This document shows positions 39,884-49,577 of a stretch of DNA of 64,000 bases, piece after piece. A model generated the notes under the pieces. It was given only the letters and a program-made list of their open reading frames with translations. It searched no databases and was not told the DNA's origin. The position numbers and the translations under genes were made by a program. Numbering within the stretch: position 1 is the first letter of the stretch; each line of letters opens with the position of its first letter. This stretch comes from an uncultured Bacteroidales bacterium (GTDB taxonomy: Bacteria > Bacteroidota > Bacteroidia > Bacteroidales > VadinHA17), in assembly GCA_963733455.1 (NCBI GenBank), contig CAVTDE010000006.1, positions 218,373 to 282,372 on the forward strand, given 5' to 3'.

Positions 39884-40696
39884 ATGATATATGATTGGTT
39901 ATCAAATAACTGGATCGAAATTTTCGGCGCAGTTACAGGTATAATATATGTATTTCTGGAGATCAGGCAGAAACTCTGGCTCTGGCCTGTCGGTATCGTC
40001 ACATCCGCGGTCTATATCTGGGTTTTCTTCACCGGGAAGCTATATGCCGATATGAGTCTGCAGGGGTATTATCTGGCTATCAGCTGCGTGGGATGGTACT
40101 GGTGGATAAAAGGCACAGGGCGAAGGGCGCAGGGCGCAGGGCGCACAGGGCACAGGGCACAGGGCGCAGGGCACAGGGCGCAGGGCGCAGGGCACAGGGC
40201 GCAGGGCGCAGGGCGCAGGGCACAGGGCGCAGGGCACAGGGCGCAGGGCGCAGGGCACAGGGCGCAGGGCGCAGGGCACAGGGCGCAGGGCGAAGAGCGA
40301 AGGGGAGAGTGGGAGAGGGGGGGCCGACGGGACGAAGAGACGAAGGGAGTGAGAGACGAAGGGACTCAGGGACTGAAAGTGACCAGATTGAAATTCAGGA
40401 CTGGCATAACGCTTGCAGGTATTTTTGTCGTGATTTATGCATTTATCTGGCTTTTCCTTACACGGTTGACCGATTCGCCTGTACCAGTCTGGGATTCATT
40501 TATAACCTCGCTCTCAATTATTGCCACATGGATGCTTGCCCGGAAGATATTTGAGCACTGGTACCTCTGGGTAATTGTCAACGGTGTTTCAATAGCTCTT
40601 TTTATTATAAAAGGTCTTTATCCGACAGTTATCCTGTACATTATCTATTTTATAATGTCTTTTGAAGGGTTGAGGCAATGGAAGCGTTCATTGTAA
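39884..40696 (+). CDS. pnuC: PnuC-family vitamin transporter (PnuT-like, thiamine) with a large in-frame repeat insertion
   Basis: WIEIFGA..G, WLWPVGIV, LYAD..LQ.YY....GWYWW, P.WDSF.T.LS..ATWMLARK..EHW..W. Confidence 0.88.
   Translation: MIYDWLSNNWIEIFGAVTGIIYVFLEIRQKLWLWPVGIVTSAVYIWVFFTGKLYADMSLQGYYLAISCVGWYWWIKGTGRRAQGAGRTGHRAQGAGHRAQGAGHRAQGAGRRAQGAGHRAQGAGHRAQGAGHRAQGEERRGEWERGGRRDEETKGVRDEGTQGLKVTRLKFRTGITLAGIFVVIYAFIWLFLTRLTDSPVPVWDSFITSLSIIATWMLARKIFEHWYLWVIVNGVSIALFIIKGLYPTVILYIIYFIMSFEGLRQWKRSL
40117..40293. repeat. Intragenic 7-bp tandem repeat AGGGC(G/A)(C/A) x25, followed by degenerate GGGAGA/GGGAC octamers to about 40377
   Basis: Counted directly: 4 units, an AC spacer, then 21 units. 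Confidence 0.92.
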
Positions 40697-41641
40697 CGAA
40701 TCACACGAGCATTTTATTTTTTTTTGACTTCTCTGACTAAGGTTTATTTCAATCAGCCTGTTTATGCGCTCATCAAAGCATTTATTGCATTTTGAGAAGA
40801 GTTTCAGATCCCATACATCGGCGAAAACTCTTCCTGCCTTAAGTGCAATTCCATATTCAAGAACCTTTTCAAGCGAGCCAATATCGGGCGGAGTGAAGTA
40901 TCCTTTTTCAAGTAAATGATCCATAGCGCCGTTACCTGCCCTTACAGGGATTATGGTACAGCATCCGACGCCGGCATCGAATGCAAAGTCGACCGACCGC
41001 TCAGCCTGATATACTCCTTCTTCTTCCGATATAAAGGGAGGTTTGAGCAAAATAAATGCCCTGGTCGGGATCCTGTTAATTGTCAGGAAGCTGACTGAGC
41101 TTTTGAAATCATTCAGCGTCATCTTCTTATTAAGCCTCATGAGTACTTCAGGGTTGGCAGTTTCAAGTCCAAGTGCAATTTGCAGGTCCGGCTTAAGCAT
41201 ATCCCTGAACTGCAGGCATCTTTTATTAATAAAATGAGGATGACTTTCGACGATAACTGTTTTGAAGCTGCTTACAAGCGACGCAATTCTTTCATAATCT
41301 CCTCGGGGAATTGCCCTGACATCAAAAAAGCTGCCGCTATTGTAAAGCTTAAGGTGTTTAACATCCGGAAGCTGATCCAGTACCCATTCAATCTGATCCG
41401 GAATAGCACCTTCCGGGACCGTTTTATCAGTTGTATTCCTCCACAGATCACACATCAGGCAATGAAACGGACACTCGCGGTTCGTGAGGAAAATGATAGC
41501 ATAATCTTCAATTTCTCCTGTAATGGTGCGTTCCTTTTCAACTAGCCAGGCATAAGGTCTTTTGGGATTGACACTATTTTTCTTTCCCCGTTTTGAGACA
41601 ATCCATTTGCCGGTGATCTTCAATTCAGGATCTTCACTCAT
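40688..41641 (-). CDS. Radical SAM enzyme, RaSEA/TIGR01210-like
   Basis: CPFHCLMC (CxxxCxxC), KLYNSGSFFD, VESHP, GLETAN, LNKKMT, FILLKPPF: the pattern of the archaeosine RaSEA family. Confidence 0.8.
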   Translation of the reverse strand: MSEDPELKITGKWIVSKRGKKNSVNPKRPYAWLVEKERTITGEIEDYAIIFLTNRECPFHCLMCDLWRNTTDKTVPEGAIPDQIEWVLDQLPDVKHLKLYNSGSFFDVRAIPRGDYERIASLVSSFKTVIVESHPHFINKRCLQFRDMLKPDLQIALGLETANPEVLMRLNKKMTLNDFKSSVSFLTINRIPTRAFILLKPPFISEEEGVYQAERSVDFAFDAGVGCCTIIPVRAGNGAMDHLLEKGYFTPPDIGSLEKVLEYGIALKAGRVFADVWDLKLFSKCNKCFDERINRLIEINLSQRSQKKIKCSCDSLQ

Positions 41642-42962
41642 AAATTGAAAAAAATTCTTTTCGGTAAGCTATCTCTTTTTCGGGGAAAAGTTTATTGAAG
41701 TTACTTTTGGAAACTGCCCCATGCTGAAAGCGATTCTTAGGGAATACGGGCATATCAATTCCCGTAATCGCTTTAACTCCCAGCGATACGATCTGACCTT
41801 TGAGGTCATAAAGCTTTTTAGGATCCCAGCCTGTTATTTCGATAAAGGGAATACCTTCTGATATTTCTATAACATGGGGTGAAGTGTATGGACTGAATAC
41901 TTCAAATCCGAGTGAATCGCCTGGGGCATAGGTTCGCATGTACCCCCTGCTAAGTCCGCCGGTATAAGTCAGCGAGTGCTTTATCGATTCCACACCCCAG
42001 CCTTCATGGTACAGCATAAGATTATTGAGAACGCTTCGTATTGTAAGTTCAGGATTTTCCTCAATCGGATAGTCTTTAAGGTTTTCATCGCCCCCGTCGC
42101 CGTCAAAAATGTATTTCCAGTCAGGATAACGTGACCTGATTGCTTTCAGGAGCGACAGGTTCATTGTTGCTGTTTGTATATCAAGAGGCTTGTAGTCTTC
42201 AATAACTTTTATTGCCTCCTTCCAGTCGAGATCGGAGTATTTTATTTCAACAGGCTCAAGAAATAATTCCATCCCCAGGGCTTCCATAAATTTTCTTGCC
42301 TGGATCAGATCGCTGCCGTCCCCATCAACTGAAAGAGTGAATGCTTTAAGTCTCGAAAGGCTTACACCCAGCTCCCGCAGGGCATGATACGAAAGAAGAA
42401 AGACAGAACCACTGTCGATGCCGGCGGAAAATGTAATACCAACAGGCCCTGTTTTTGCCCGTAATAAAAGCCGTTTTTTGATCTCATTATACACAGCACC
42501 AATATAATTATTAGCTATTTTCTGCAAGTCAGTTTCAGAATACCTGTTACGTTCGGGTTCGAAGAACCGTGTATAGACCGGATTAGGGTCGGGACAGCCA
42601 AGGAGTTCAATTTTTGTAATATAATGGGCAGGTGCCATCCGGGTATAGGATGGGTGAAACTGGTTTTCCATTCCTTCTTTTTTAAGATAATCATAAATCT
42701 TGTCGATACGCTCTGCAATTACCAGTTGGGGCCCTGAAGCCCTTTTTGCAATAAAATAGCGCATCGGACGGCCAATTGATCTTGCCATCCTTATCGTCTT
42801 GCCGTCGACGGAGACTAGTGCAAATTGTCCGTCAATGTTGCGGACTTTTTCTAAATCTCCTGATCTTAAATTGTTTTCCGCCTCCTCCAGGGTCATATTA
42901 TAAATAATATTTTTACCCGGATCCATGAGATTTATTATCTTTTCCAAATACTTATTGTCCAT
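41634..42962 (-). CDS. Asparagine-synthetase-like ATP-dependent amide ligase (N-type ATP pyrophosphatase) without a glutaminase nucleophile
   Basis: FSAGIDSG PP-loop, DGDGGDE, IDGQFA...AR.IGRP remnant of the Ntn domain, K.RFQHG; no N-terminal Cys. Confidence 0.8.
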   Translation of the reverse strand: MDNKYLEKIINLMDPGKNIIYNMTLEEAENNLRSGDLEKVRNIDGQFALVSVDGKTIRMARSIGRPMRYFIAKRASGPQLVIAERIDKIYDYLKKEGMENQFHPSYTRMAPAHYITKIELLGCPDPNPVYTRFFEPERNRYSETDLQKIANNYIGAVYNEIKKRLLLRAKTGPVGITFSAGIDSGSVFLLSYHALRELGVSLSRLKAFTLSVDGDGSDLIQARKFMEALGMELFLEPVEIKYSDLDWKEAIKVIEDYKPLDIQTATMNLSLLKAIRSRYPDWKYIFDGDGGDENLKDYPIEENPELTIRSVLNNLMLYHEGWGVESIKHSLTYTGGLSRGYMRTYAPGDSLGFEVFSPYTSPHVIEISEGIPFIEITGWDPKKLYDLKGQIVSLGVKAITGIDMPVFPKNRFQHGAVSKSNFNKLFPEKEIAYRKEFFSIYE

Positions 42963-42971
42963 CTTTTTAAT

Positions 42972-44828
42972 TTATTTATTTATAATACCTGTTCCCTGTA
43001 AGATTGTGATATACCGGTTACAGGGGATATCCCTGTAAACTTCCTTTTTCCCGTCCGACCAGGACACCTCCAGTGTATCTACCTGTTTCTTTGTTCCGAG
43101 TCCGATGTGAAGTCGGGGATCGTTATTTGAGAGGTAGCTTGTAGCCCATTGATTTACGAAGACCTGCTTCTTTCCTGCTGAAGTTGCTGTTACCTTCGCT
43201 CCTATAGCAGCAGCCGGACCATTTTTACCCTCAAGAGTCAGACCGAGCCAATTATTTTTATTGCCTCCGTCGTTCCTTAGTAATGAAGCAGTAGCTTCCA
43301 TATCTACATGAGAAACTACAATATCCAAATCGCCGTCGTTGTCAAAATCCCAAACCGCCAGACCCCTGCCCGAACGTTTTGTCGAGAAATAGGCCCCGTA
43401 ATCCCTTCCGGCATCCCTGAAATGACCTGTACCATCATTTTCAAGCAGAAGGGGATATTGCAGTATGAGCTCTTCAGCAGTACCATTTGCAGATACTATA
43501 TCAAGGTCGCCGTCATTATCAAAATCAAATAATGCAGCACCCCAGGCACCCTTTCCTGCCATAGGTCCTGCCACACCGCCGGACTCTGTAATATCTTCAA
43601 ACATGCCATTTCCGGTATTACGGTATAATGCCCCGAAATCAAGATCGACAACGAGGAGGTCAATTAATCCGTCACCATCAATATCCCCGATTGTTCCGTG
43701 CATTGAACCTGTCCCTCTGCCCTCACTGTTTGCTGCCACACCAATCTCAACAGCTACTTCTTTAAATTTACCGTTATCATTTCTGAACATGAAATTGAGC
43801 TGATGGTCGTTAGCCTGAAAGATATCAAGGTCGCCATCGTCATCATAATCAAACACTGTTAGCCCCATGCATTTTGAGTCGGGATAATAAAGACCCGTTT
43901 TCCTTGTGACGTCAATGAATTTCCCGTCAGGCTGCTGTTCATACAACATCGATGCCTGGCCTTTATACTCCGAAGGGTGGGGCATTCGGCCAGGTGTGAC
44001 CGGAGAATCATACGAGGGATCAAAAGCCAGGAAGTTACCGGTCATAGCATCAAGCCTACCGTCGAGGTTATAATCAATATATGCCACTCCGATGCTCCAT
44101 TTTGTAAAACCGTTCAATTTCACAGGTCCTTCCAGCCCAAGTGATTTTGTAATATCAGTAAATGTCCCGTTACCATTGTTGCGATAAAATACATCCGGAC
44201 CATAATTTAAAAGATAGAGATCCTGGTCGCCGTCGTTATCATAATCTATGGCGCCTGCGGCCATACTCCAGCTTGTATTATTCAGTCCGGAAGCAGATGA
44301 GACATCAGTAAAAGTCCCATTCCCGTTGTTCCGGTAGAGATTATTCGACGTATTTCTGAATACTTTACCTTCAGGATCTGAAATGCCTTCCAGATATGTT
44401 CCGTTCATCATATACAGATCCATAAGGTGATCGTTATTGTAGTCAAAGACGGTTATTCCCGATCCGCTGCTTTCAAGGATATTCTTATAGGAATAATCGC
44501 CGAAGGTATATTTGAAGTCAATTCCGGCTTGCTTTGTAATATCCTTAAATACAATGTTCTTCTTTTGGGCAGATGCGATCGAGGGGATTAAAATGAAGAG
44601 GAGGCAAAGAAGAGTTATCAATTTGAGTTTGTTACCCCCTTTCCTGTTTCCCCCTGGGGGGAAATGATTGTTCGGAACTGTCGAAAGAGTCACTTTTAAC
44701 CGCAAAGAACACAAAGTTGTCGCAAAGTTCGCAAAGCTAAAATCTTTATTTAAACTGCTTTGCGATCTTAGGTTTAAAATCTTAGCGGCCTTTGCGGTTA
44801 ATGGAGTTTGACTTATATAATTTATCAT
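42972..44828 (-). CDS. CRTAC1-family FG-GAP/VCBS repeat protein with C-terminal ASPIC/UnbV domain
   Basis: Multiple DYDNDGDxD Ca-binding repeats; AIGAKV...SYLSNNDPRLHIGLG...V.W.DG. The N-terminal ~65 codons are REP-derived. Confidence 0.88.
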   Translation of the reverse strand: MINYISQTPLTAKAAKILNLRSQSSLNKDFSFANFATTLCSLRLKVTLSTVPNNHFPPGGNRKGGNKLKLITLLCLLFILIPSIASAQKKNIVFKDITKQAGIDFKYTFGDYSYKNILESSGSGITVFDYNNDHLMDLYMMNGTYLEGISDPEGKVFRNTSNNLYRNNGNGTFTDVSSASGLNNTSWSMAAGAIDYDNDGDQDLYLLNYGPDVFYRNNGNGTFTDITKSLGLEGPVKLNGFTKWSIGVAYIDYNLDGRLDAMTGNFLAFDPSYDSPVTPGRMPHPSEYKGQASMLYEQQPDGKFIDVTRKTGLYYPDSKCMGLTVFDYDDDGDLDIFQANDHQLNFMFRNDNGKFKEVAVEIGVAANSEGRGTGSMHGTIGDIDGDGLIDLLVVDLDFGALYRNTGNGMFEDITESGGVAGPMAGKGAWGAALFDFDNDGDLDIVSANGTAEELILQYPLLLENDGTGHFRDAGRDYGAYFSTKRSGRGLAVWDFDNDGDLDIVVSHVDMEATASLLRNDGGNKNNWLGLTLEGKNGPAAAIGAKVTATSAGKKQVFVNQWATSYLSNNDPRLHIGLGTKKQVDTLEVSWSDGKKEVYRDIPCNRYITILQGTGIINK

Positions 44829-47800
44829 TTAGCGGATCTGTCAATATTACTTTTCAATGCATTTAAATATCCATCCGAATTTACTACCCTGGTATTATAT
44901 TCCTGGATGTACTTTTGAAGTTCAGGATCATCGGGATAGATATCCGTACGGGAAGGCGGGTAACTTTTCATACCATGGAAGGGGAGAGGCATTACACTAT
45001 TGCCGAAGGCAGTGTTTAAGTCGCCATCCTTCACCCAGCCTGTAAAATTGATAAGGAAATCCCTTTTCCAGCCTTTCTTTAATTCAGGAAGCTGACCTGC
45101 ATTAAATTTAACAGTGGTTTCATCTCCCGCATTCGAGATAATATATTTATTATCCGATTCGGTCAGAAGCGGCAGTACGTCGCCAAAGCGGGTATAGTTG
45201 CCCGCCAGATCGCGCCATTTCGGATCTTTGGAGACCTTTGAATAATCAAACCAGTGCGGTCCGAAACGGCCGCCTTTTCTATAGCTTTCAGAGAACCCCC
45301 GATAATGGAGGTCAGCTGCCTGAGGGCTCAGACCTGTATAAACCAAAGGATCACTTGAAAGTGCGCCGGAGAAGAAAACATAATCCCAGGAGATATCCAT
45401 ATTTGTCCTTATCCTTATACGGTGATCGTTTGTTAGAAATTTCCCTGAAAGATCAGCAATAACCGTTTTATCCTTGCCCATAGGGAATCCCAGGTTACTA
45501 ATGACTGTCTCCCAATCGCCTTTTTTATTGATGACCTGGATAAGCGGAGGCACGACTTTTATTGAATCAGATTGTGAAATAGCAACATTAATGCTTGCAT
45601 CTGTCGGGAATATCCAGCCATTCATTAAAAGATAAAGCCTGCCTGACTGATCGGGTTTGCCGGGATCAAGTATAAGGTCTTTCATTTCAGTTATGCCCTG
45701 GTATTTGCCCGGGTAGAGACCATGAAAATATCTGTCATCCTTTTGACTGATTAAGGGGAGCACATTGTTTCCCTCTGCATCGACAGCTGAAACCGGGAGT
45801 TGCTTCGATTTAACGCTGTAAACCTCAAACCCGGGAAACGGCGGCGGAGTAAATTGTTCGGCAACAAAGATGTCTGTTGCAGCCGGGTGGTCAACAGCTA
45901 CCAGTTTTATCTTATCCAGATATATAGTCTCCCATAGTTCGGATGTAACCTGTAGGGAATAGTAGCCTTTATCAGACTTAAGCAATTCTCCCGGGATTTT
46001 AATATAATCATCCGAAGCATCCGGAAAAGCATAAGCTGTGGTCCCACCCATGATACCCAGAGGCATGCCGAGACCGCTTCGCCAAAGTACGTCTTTAACA
46101 AACACAAATTCTTCTCCGTTCCAGGTATATAAGAATGGGCAGGAGCCCTTTAGTGTCTGTGCCTCAATTAACGACTGATCTGTTTCCGGGAAGAATATGT
46201 TCTGTGGCACACCGTTGGTCCATGTGATCCGGATTACCTCAGCCATCGGGCGGCTTCCGATACCAAAATGGACATTGGGGTCAGTTACCACCATTGCCTG
46301 GTAGAGATCGCCGGCTCTTATTTCAACCTTTGCACCAATCCCAAAATGGTTGTTTTTGGCACTTCCGGCTCTTAAACCAACGAGCTTGATCCTGACAAAA
46401 TGATTGGCGTTGCCGCCATCGTTACGGAGCAGTGACACACCTCCGTTAATTCCGGCAATCACTGCATCAATATCCCCGTCGTCATTATAGTCAAACAGAG
46501 CTATCTGTCTTCCGGATTTCGGTTCATCAGGCAATATCCGGGTAGCGTCGTTGAACTGTCCTTTACCCTCATTATGATAAAGAAATATTCCCCTGCGCCC
46601 TTTTTCAGCTGCTTCGCCGGTTATTAAAAGATCAAGAAGACCATCGTTGTCAAAATCAAAGAACGCAGCATCATATACCCTGACATTCTGAATTAAGCTG
46701 AACATCTTTTCCGAATCACCTGCGGTTTCAAAACTGCCGTCCTTCCTGTTATGGTATAATTTATGGCCGGTTCCGCTATCGGAGGGGATAAACAGATCGA
46801 GAAATCCGTCATTGTCGTAATCCCCAACCGTTACTGCGCCTGAACCTCCCGTACTTTTGAGTCCTCTTTCGTCTGTAAGATCCTTATAAATCCCCTGCCG
46901 TTGATTTGAATATAAGATGTTGCCCGCGTTCTCATTAACAACGATAAAATCAAGGTCACCATCCTCATCAAAATCACCAAATGCTGCATCACGACTTATT
47001 GCATCACCATCGGCTACTCCCATTTTTTCAGCCTGTTCCTGAAATGTACCGTCCGAATTATTACGTAACAGAAGATTTTTACCTGTCCTTGCCTCAAAAA
47101 AATCAAGGTCTCCGTCGTGATCAGCATCAAAAGGCAAGACCATATTCCCTGCCGTCCTGCCACCGGTTCCGGCACGTTCCGTTACATCTTCAAAAGTCCC
47201 GGTGCCCGAATTCCGGTATAAGAGGTCACCGCTTTCCCTGACAATATAAAGATCCAGAAAACCATCATTGTCATAGTCGGCAAAAGCAGCTGAGGATTCT
47301 TTTCCTGAATGTTTTAAACCGGCCTTGTCCGACACATCAGTGAATCTTCCCATCTCGTTGTTGAACAGGTAGTGTCGGTAGGATGAAGTTCCCTGGTCAT
47401 AGCTTCCTGCGTAAAGATCTATATCTCCGTCACCATCATAGTCGGCTGCTTCAATGTGTGTTAAGTAACCGGACCCAGCCTTTTCATTTTCGCCGGAAGA
47501 TGCTATTATATTCAGTCCGGCTGAGACAGAAGCGTCCGTAAAATTAATAACCTCAAGCAGGGACTTGCCTTCATTGTTTTGTGAAACTGACTGCTGGTCG
47601 AAAGTGATTACCGGAAATCCTATAAGCGAACCGCCCGGTCCCTTTAAATCCATCATTCCGGCCTGGAAAGGAGGAGTTACTTTAAGATAATTGTGGAAGA
47701 TAGTGAATTGAAGAAGAGCTTTTGCCTTGTCCTGGGTTTTAAGGGACAAAATTGCCTGGTTAAAATAGTCTGTTGCTTCTTTTGGAAATTCCGGAAATTG

Positions 47801-48403
47801 CTTTCGGATGATCTCCATTTGTTCCATTGCCTTATCCAGCTCGTTATCGCGAATATATATCCCGGTAAGGCTTAGTCGTGGTACAATGTTTCCCGGAGCA
47901 TTTTCAACCAGCATAAGAAGGTAATTTTTATACTCCTTTTGTGACTCAGGATCTGAACCTGCAGAGTACAACTCGGAAAGATCATAAAGTATTTTAATAT
48001 GGCCGGGAGCTGACTTAAGTGCTTCCCTGAGCTCAGAGACTGCACGGTCCCGCTGGTCATTCATCTGGTATACTGTGGCCAGGATCAGCCTGATGTCAGG
48101 GTCGGCCGGATCGATCTTTATAGCTTTCAGCAGACGTTTTTCGGCTTCAGGATACCTTCCCATCCTTAAATAAGTAAGACCAAGGTTTGCATACCCAAGT
48201 TTTTCCTTAGGAGCCAGGTTAATGAATTTAAGAAACTCCTTCTCAGCTTCCTCAAGTTTAAATTCTTCAAGATAGGCGAGCCCCAGAGTTCTGGTGGTAA
48301 CCAGTTCAGTTGATTTTTGCGTTTGCTTTTCCGTCGAATTTTTACAGCTGAAAATGAAGAGAAAGCAAAATAAAACTAACAGGAGGATATAGGTTCTTTT
48401 CAT
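44825..48403 (-). CDS. Lipoprotein: TPR repeats, FG-GAP repeats, ASPIC/UnbV domain and a C-terminal domain (SCPFLY.WNG)
   Basis: IFSC lipobox, TPR helices, DYDNDG repeats, GIGAKVEI...HFGIG...W.NG, KRDFL...GWVKDGD.NT. Confidence 0.85.
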   Translation of the reverse strand: MKRTYILLLVLFCFLFIFSCKNSTEKQTQKSTELVTTRTLGLAYLEEFKLEEAEKEFLKFINLAPKEKLGYANLGLTYLRMGRYPEAEKRLLKAIKIDPADPDIRLILATVYQMNDQRDRAVSELREALKSAPGHIKILYDLSELYSAGSDPESQKEYKNYLLMLVENAPGNIVPRLSLTGIYIRDNELDKAMEQMEIIRKQFPEFPKEATDYFNQAILSLKTQDKAKALLQFTIFHNYLKVTPPFQAGMMDLKGPGGSLIGFPVITFDQQSVSQNNEGKSLLEVINFTDASVSAGLNIIASSGENEKAGSGYLTHIEAADYDGDGDIDLYAGSYDQGTSSYRHYLFNNEMGRFTDVSDKAGLKHSGKESSAAFADYDNDGFLDLYIVRESGDLLYRNSGTGTFEDVTERAGTGGRTAGNMVLPFDADHDGDLDFFEARTGKNLLLRNNSDGTFQEQAEKMGVADGDAISRDAAFGDFDEDGDLDFIVVNENAGNILYSNQRQGIYKDLTDERGLKSTGGSGAVTVGDYDNDGFLDLFIPSDSGTGHKLYHNRKDGSFETAGDSEKMFSLIQNVRVYDAAFFDFDNDGLLDLLITGEAAEKGRRGIFLYHNEGKGQFNDATRILPDEPKSGRQIALFDYNDDGDIDAVIAGINGGVSLLRNDGGNANHFVRIKLVGLRAGSAKNNHFGIGAKVEIRAGDLYQAMVVTDPNVHFGIGSRPMAEVIRITWTNGVPQNIFFPETDQSLIEAQTLKGSCPFLYTWNGEEFVFVKDVLWRSGLGMPLGIMGGTTAYAFPDASDDYIKIPGELLKSDKGYYSLQVTSELWETIYLDKIKLVAVDHPAATDIFVAEQFTPPPFPGFEVYSVKSKQLPVSAVDAEGNNVLPLISQKDDRYFHGLYPGKYQGITEMKDLILDPGKPDQSGRLYLLMNGWIFPTDASINVAISQSDSIKVVPPLIQVINKKGDWETVISNLGFPMGKDKTVIADLSGKFLTNDHRIRIRTNMDISWDYVFFSGALSSDPLVYTGLSPQAADLHYRGFSESYRKGGRFGPHWFDYSKVSKDPKWRDLAGNYTRFGDVLPLLTESDNKYIISNAGDETTVKFNAGQLPELKKGWKRDFLINFTGWVKDGDLNTAFGNSVMPLPFHGMKSYPPSRTDIYPDDPELQKYIQEYNTRVVNSDGYLNALKSNIDRSAK

Positions 48404-48428
48404 GAGTATAAAGTTAAGAAATAAACGG

Positions 48429-49577
48429 TTACTTCCCTGTCAGGGCCGGTATCCCATTTTTAATTCTCATCACGCTGAAGTTGTCTGAACGGTTTCCTTT
48501 ACTGTCAAACTTAATATGCCCGGTAATTCCCTCGTAATCAATTTCCGATAAAGCCTTTTGAATTTTTTCGCGATCATTGATCCCCGCGATTCTGATAGCT
48601 TCCGTTAACAGATTCATTCCATCGTAAGCATATGCTGCAACAGCTCCCGGAGTTTCACCAAAAGCTTCGGTGTACTCCTTAATAAAAGATACGGCTTTTG
48701 GAGCTGTCCATTTCCCAGAAGGGATAAGAAGAAGGTCATTGTAAGACTGAATTCCCTGGATTGATAATTCGTCTTCATTGAGTATAAACAACGATCCGAA
48801 AACCGGGATATCCTTATCCTTTTCCCTGATTTGCCTGAATGTTTCAGATGAGGAAACAGGCTTGCAAAACAGAATTATACAGTCGGCGTTTGACCTGAGT
48901 ATCTGAACGGCAATATTATTTGGACCCTGATTATCGTCTTCAATGGTGAATGCGGCAGGGGGTGGCTTTCCTTCATCTCTTACCTTATTAAGAAAACTGT
49001 TAAAGGCAAGCTTTGAGTCATAGTTCTCATTGTATACTATTGCAACAGCAGATAGTTTTCGCTTATTATAAACCTCATCGAACAAAGCCGCAGCCTGTTC
49101 GATAGTATTTGGGACACAGCTGAAATACCACGGGATAAATGCCTGGGAAAGGGTGGGATCGGCGGCCCATGCAGAGAGGAAAACAACATGTGCTTTGGCG
49201 GAAACCTGTTCGACGAGGTGAGCATTGCGGCCATCGTGAGATCCGAGTATCGCCCAGACCTTTTCCTCAAAGACGAGGTTCACAGCCTGTTTCGAACCTG
49301 TTCCCCATGGGCCCTCCATCGATCGGACCACAAGCTGGAATTTATTTCCGTTCATTCCACCGGTTTCATTGGCATTCCGGATCGCAAGTTCTGCTCCATG
49401 CCGGGCTGCGGCTGATTTGGCGTCAGTTATCAGTAATCCGATCTTTATGGGTTGGCCTGAAAGATTTACTGAAATACAGGAATTGATGATAATGATATTG
49501 ATAATGCAAACCTTATGCAGAGCTTTAAATAGTTTATTAAAGAGATACCATTTAACATTCATAAGACCGAAGCACAT
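48429..49577 (-). CDS. LivK/Peripla_BP_6-type periplasmic binding protein
   Basis: IKIGLL...GAELAI..AN..GG.NG, AAYAYDG..LL.EAI, YEGITG.I.FD.KGNR. Start codon uncertain. Confidence 0.82.
   Translation of the reverse strand: MCFGLMNVKWYLFNKLFKALHKVCIINIIIINSCISVNLSGQPIKIGLLITDAKSAAARHGAELAIRNANETGGMNGNKFQLVVRSMEGPWGTGSKQAVNLVFEEKVWAILGSHDGRNAHLVEQVSAKAHVVFLSAWAADPTLSQAFIPWYFSCVPNTIEQAAALFDEVYNKRKLSAVAIVYNENYDSKLAFNSFLNKVRDEGKPPPAAFTIEDDNQGPNNIAVQILRSNADCIILFCKPVSSSETFRQIREKDKDIPVFGSLFILNEDELSIQGIQSYNDLLLIPSGKWTAPKAVSFIKEYTEAFGETPGAVAAYAYDGMNLLTEAIRIAGINDREKIQKALSEIDYEGITGHIKFDSKGNRSDNFSVMRIKNGIPALTGK

Noticed and set aside
40040-40554. Cys/Pro-rich (CALRPVP)n ORF or alternative-frame ORF as a RiPP precursor for the neighbouring radical SAM enzyme
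   Set aside because: They are other-frame readings of the heptamer array inside pnuC, with no independent start context.
40688-41641. Archaeosine biosynthesis in a bacterium
   Set aside because: No arcTGT, arcS or que genes are in the window; family resemblance alone does not give the substrate.
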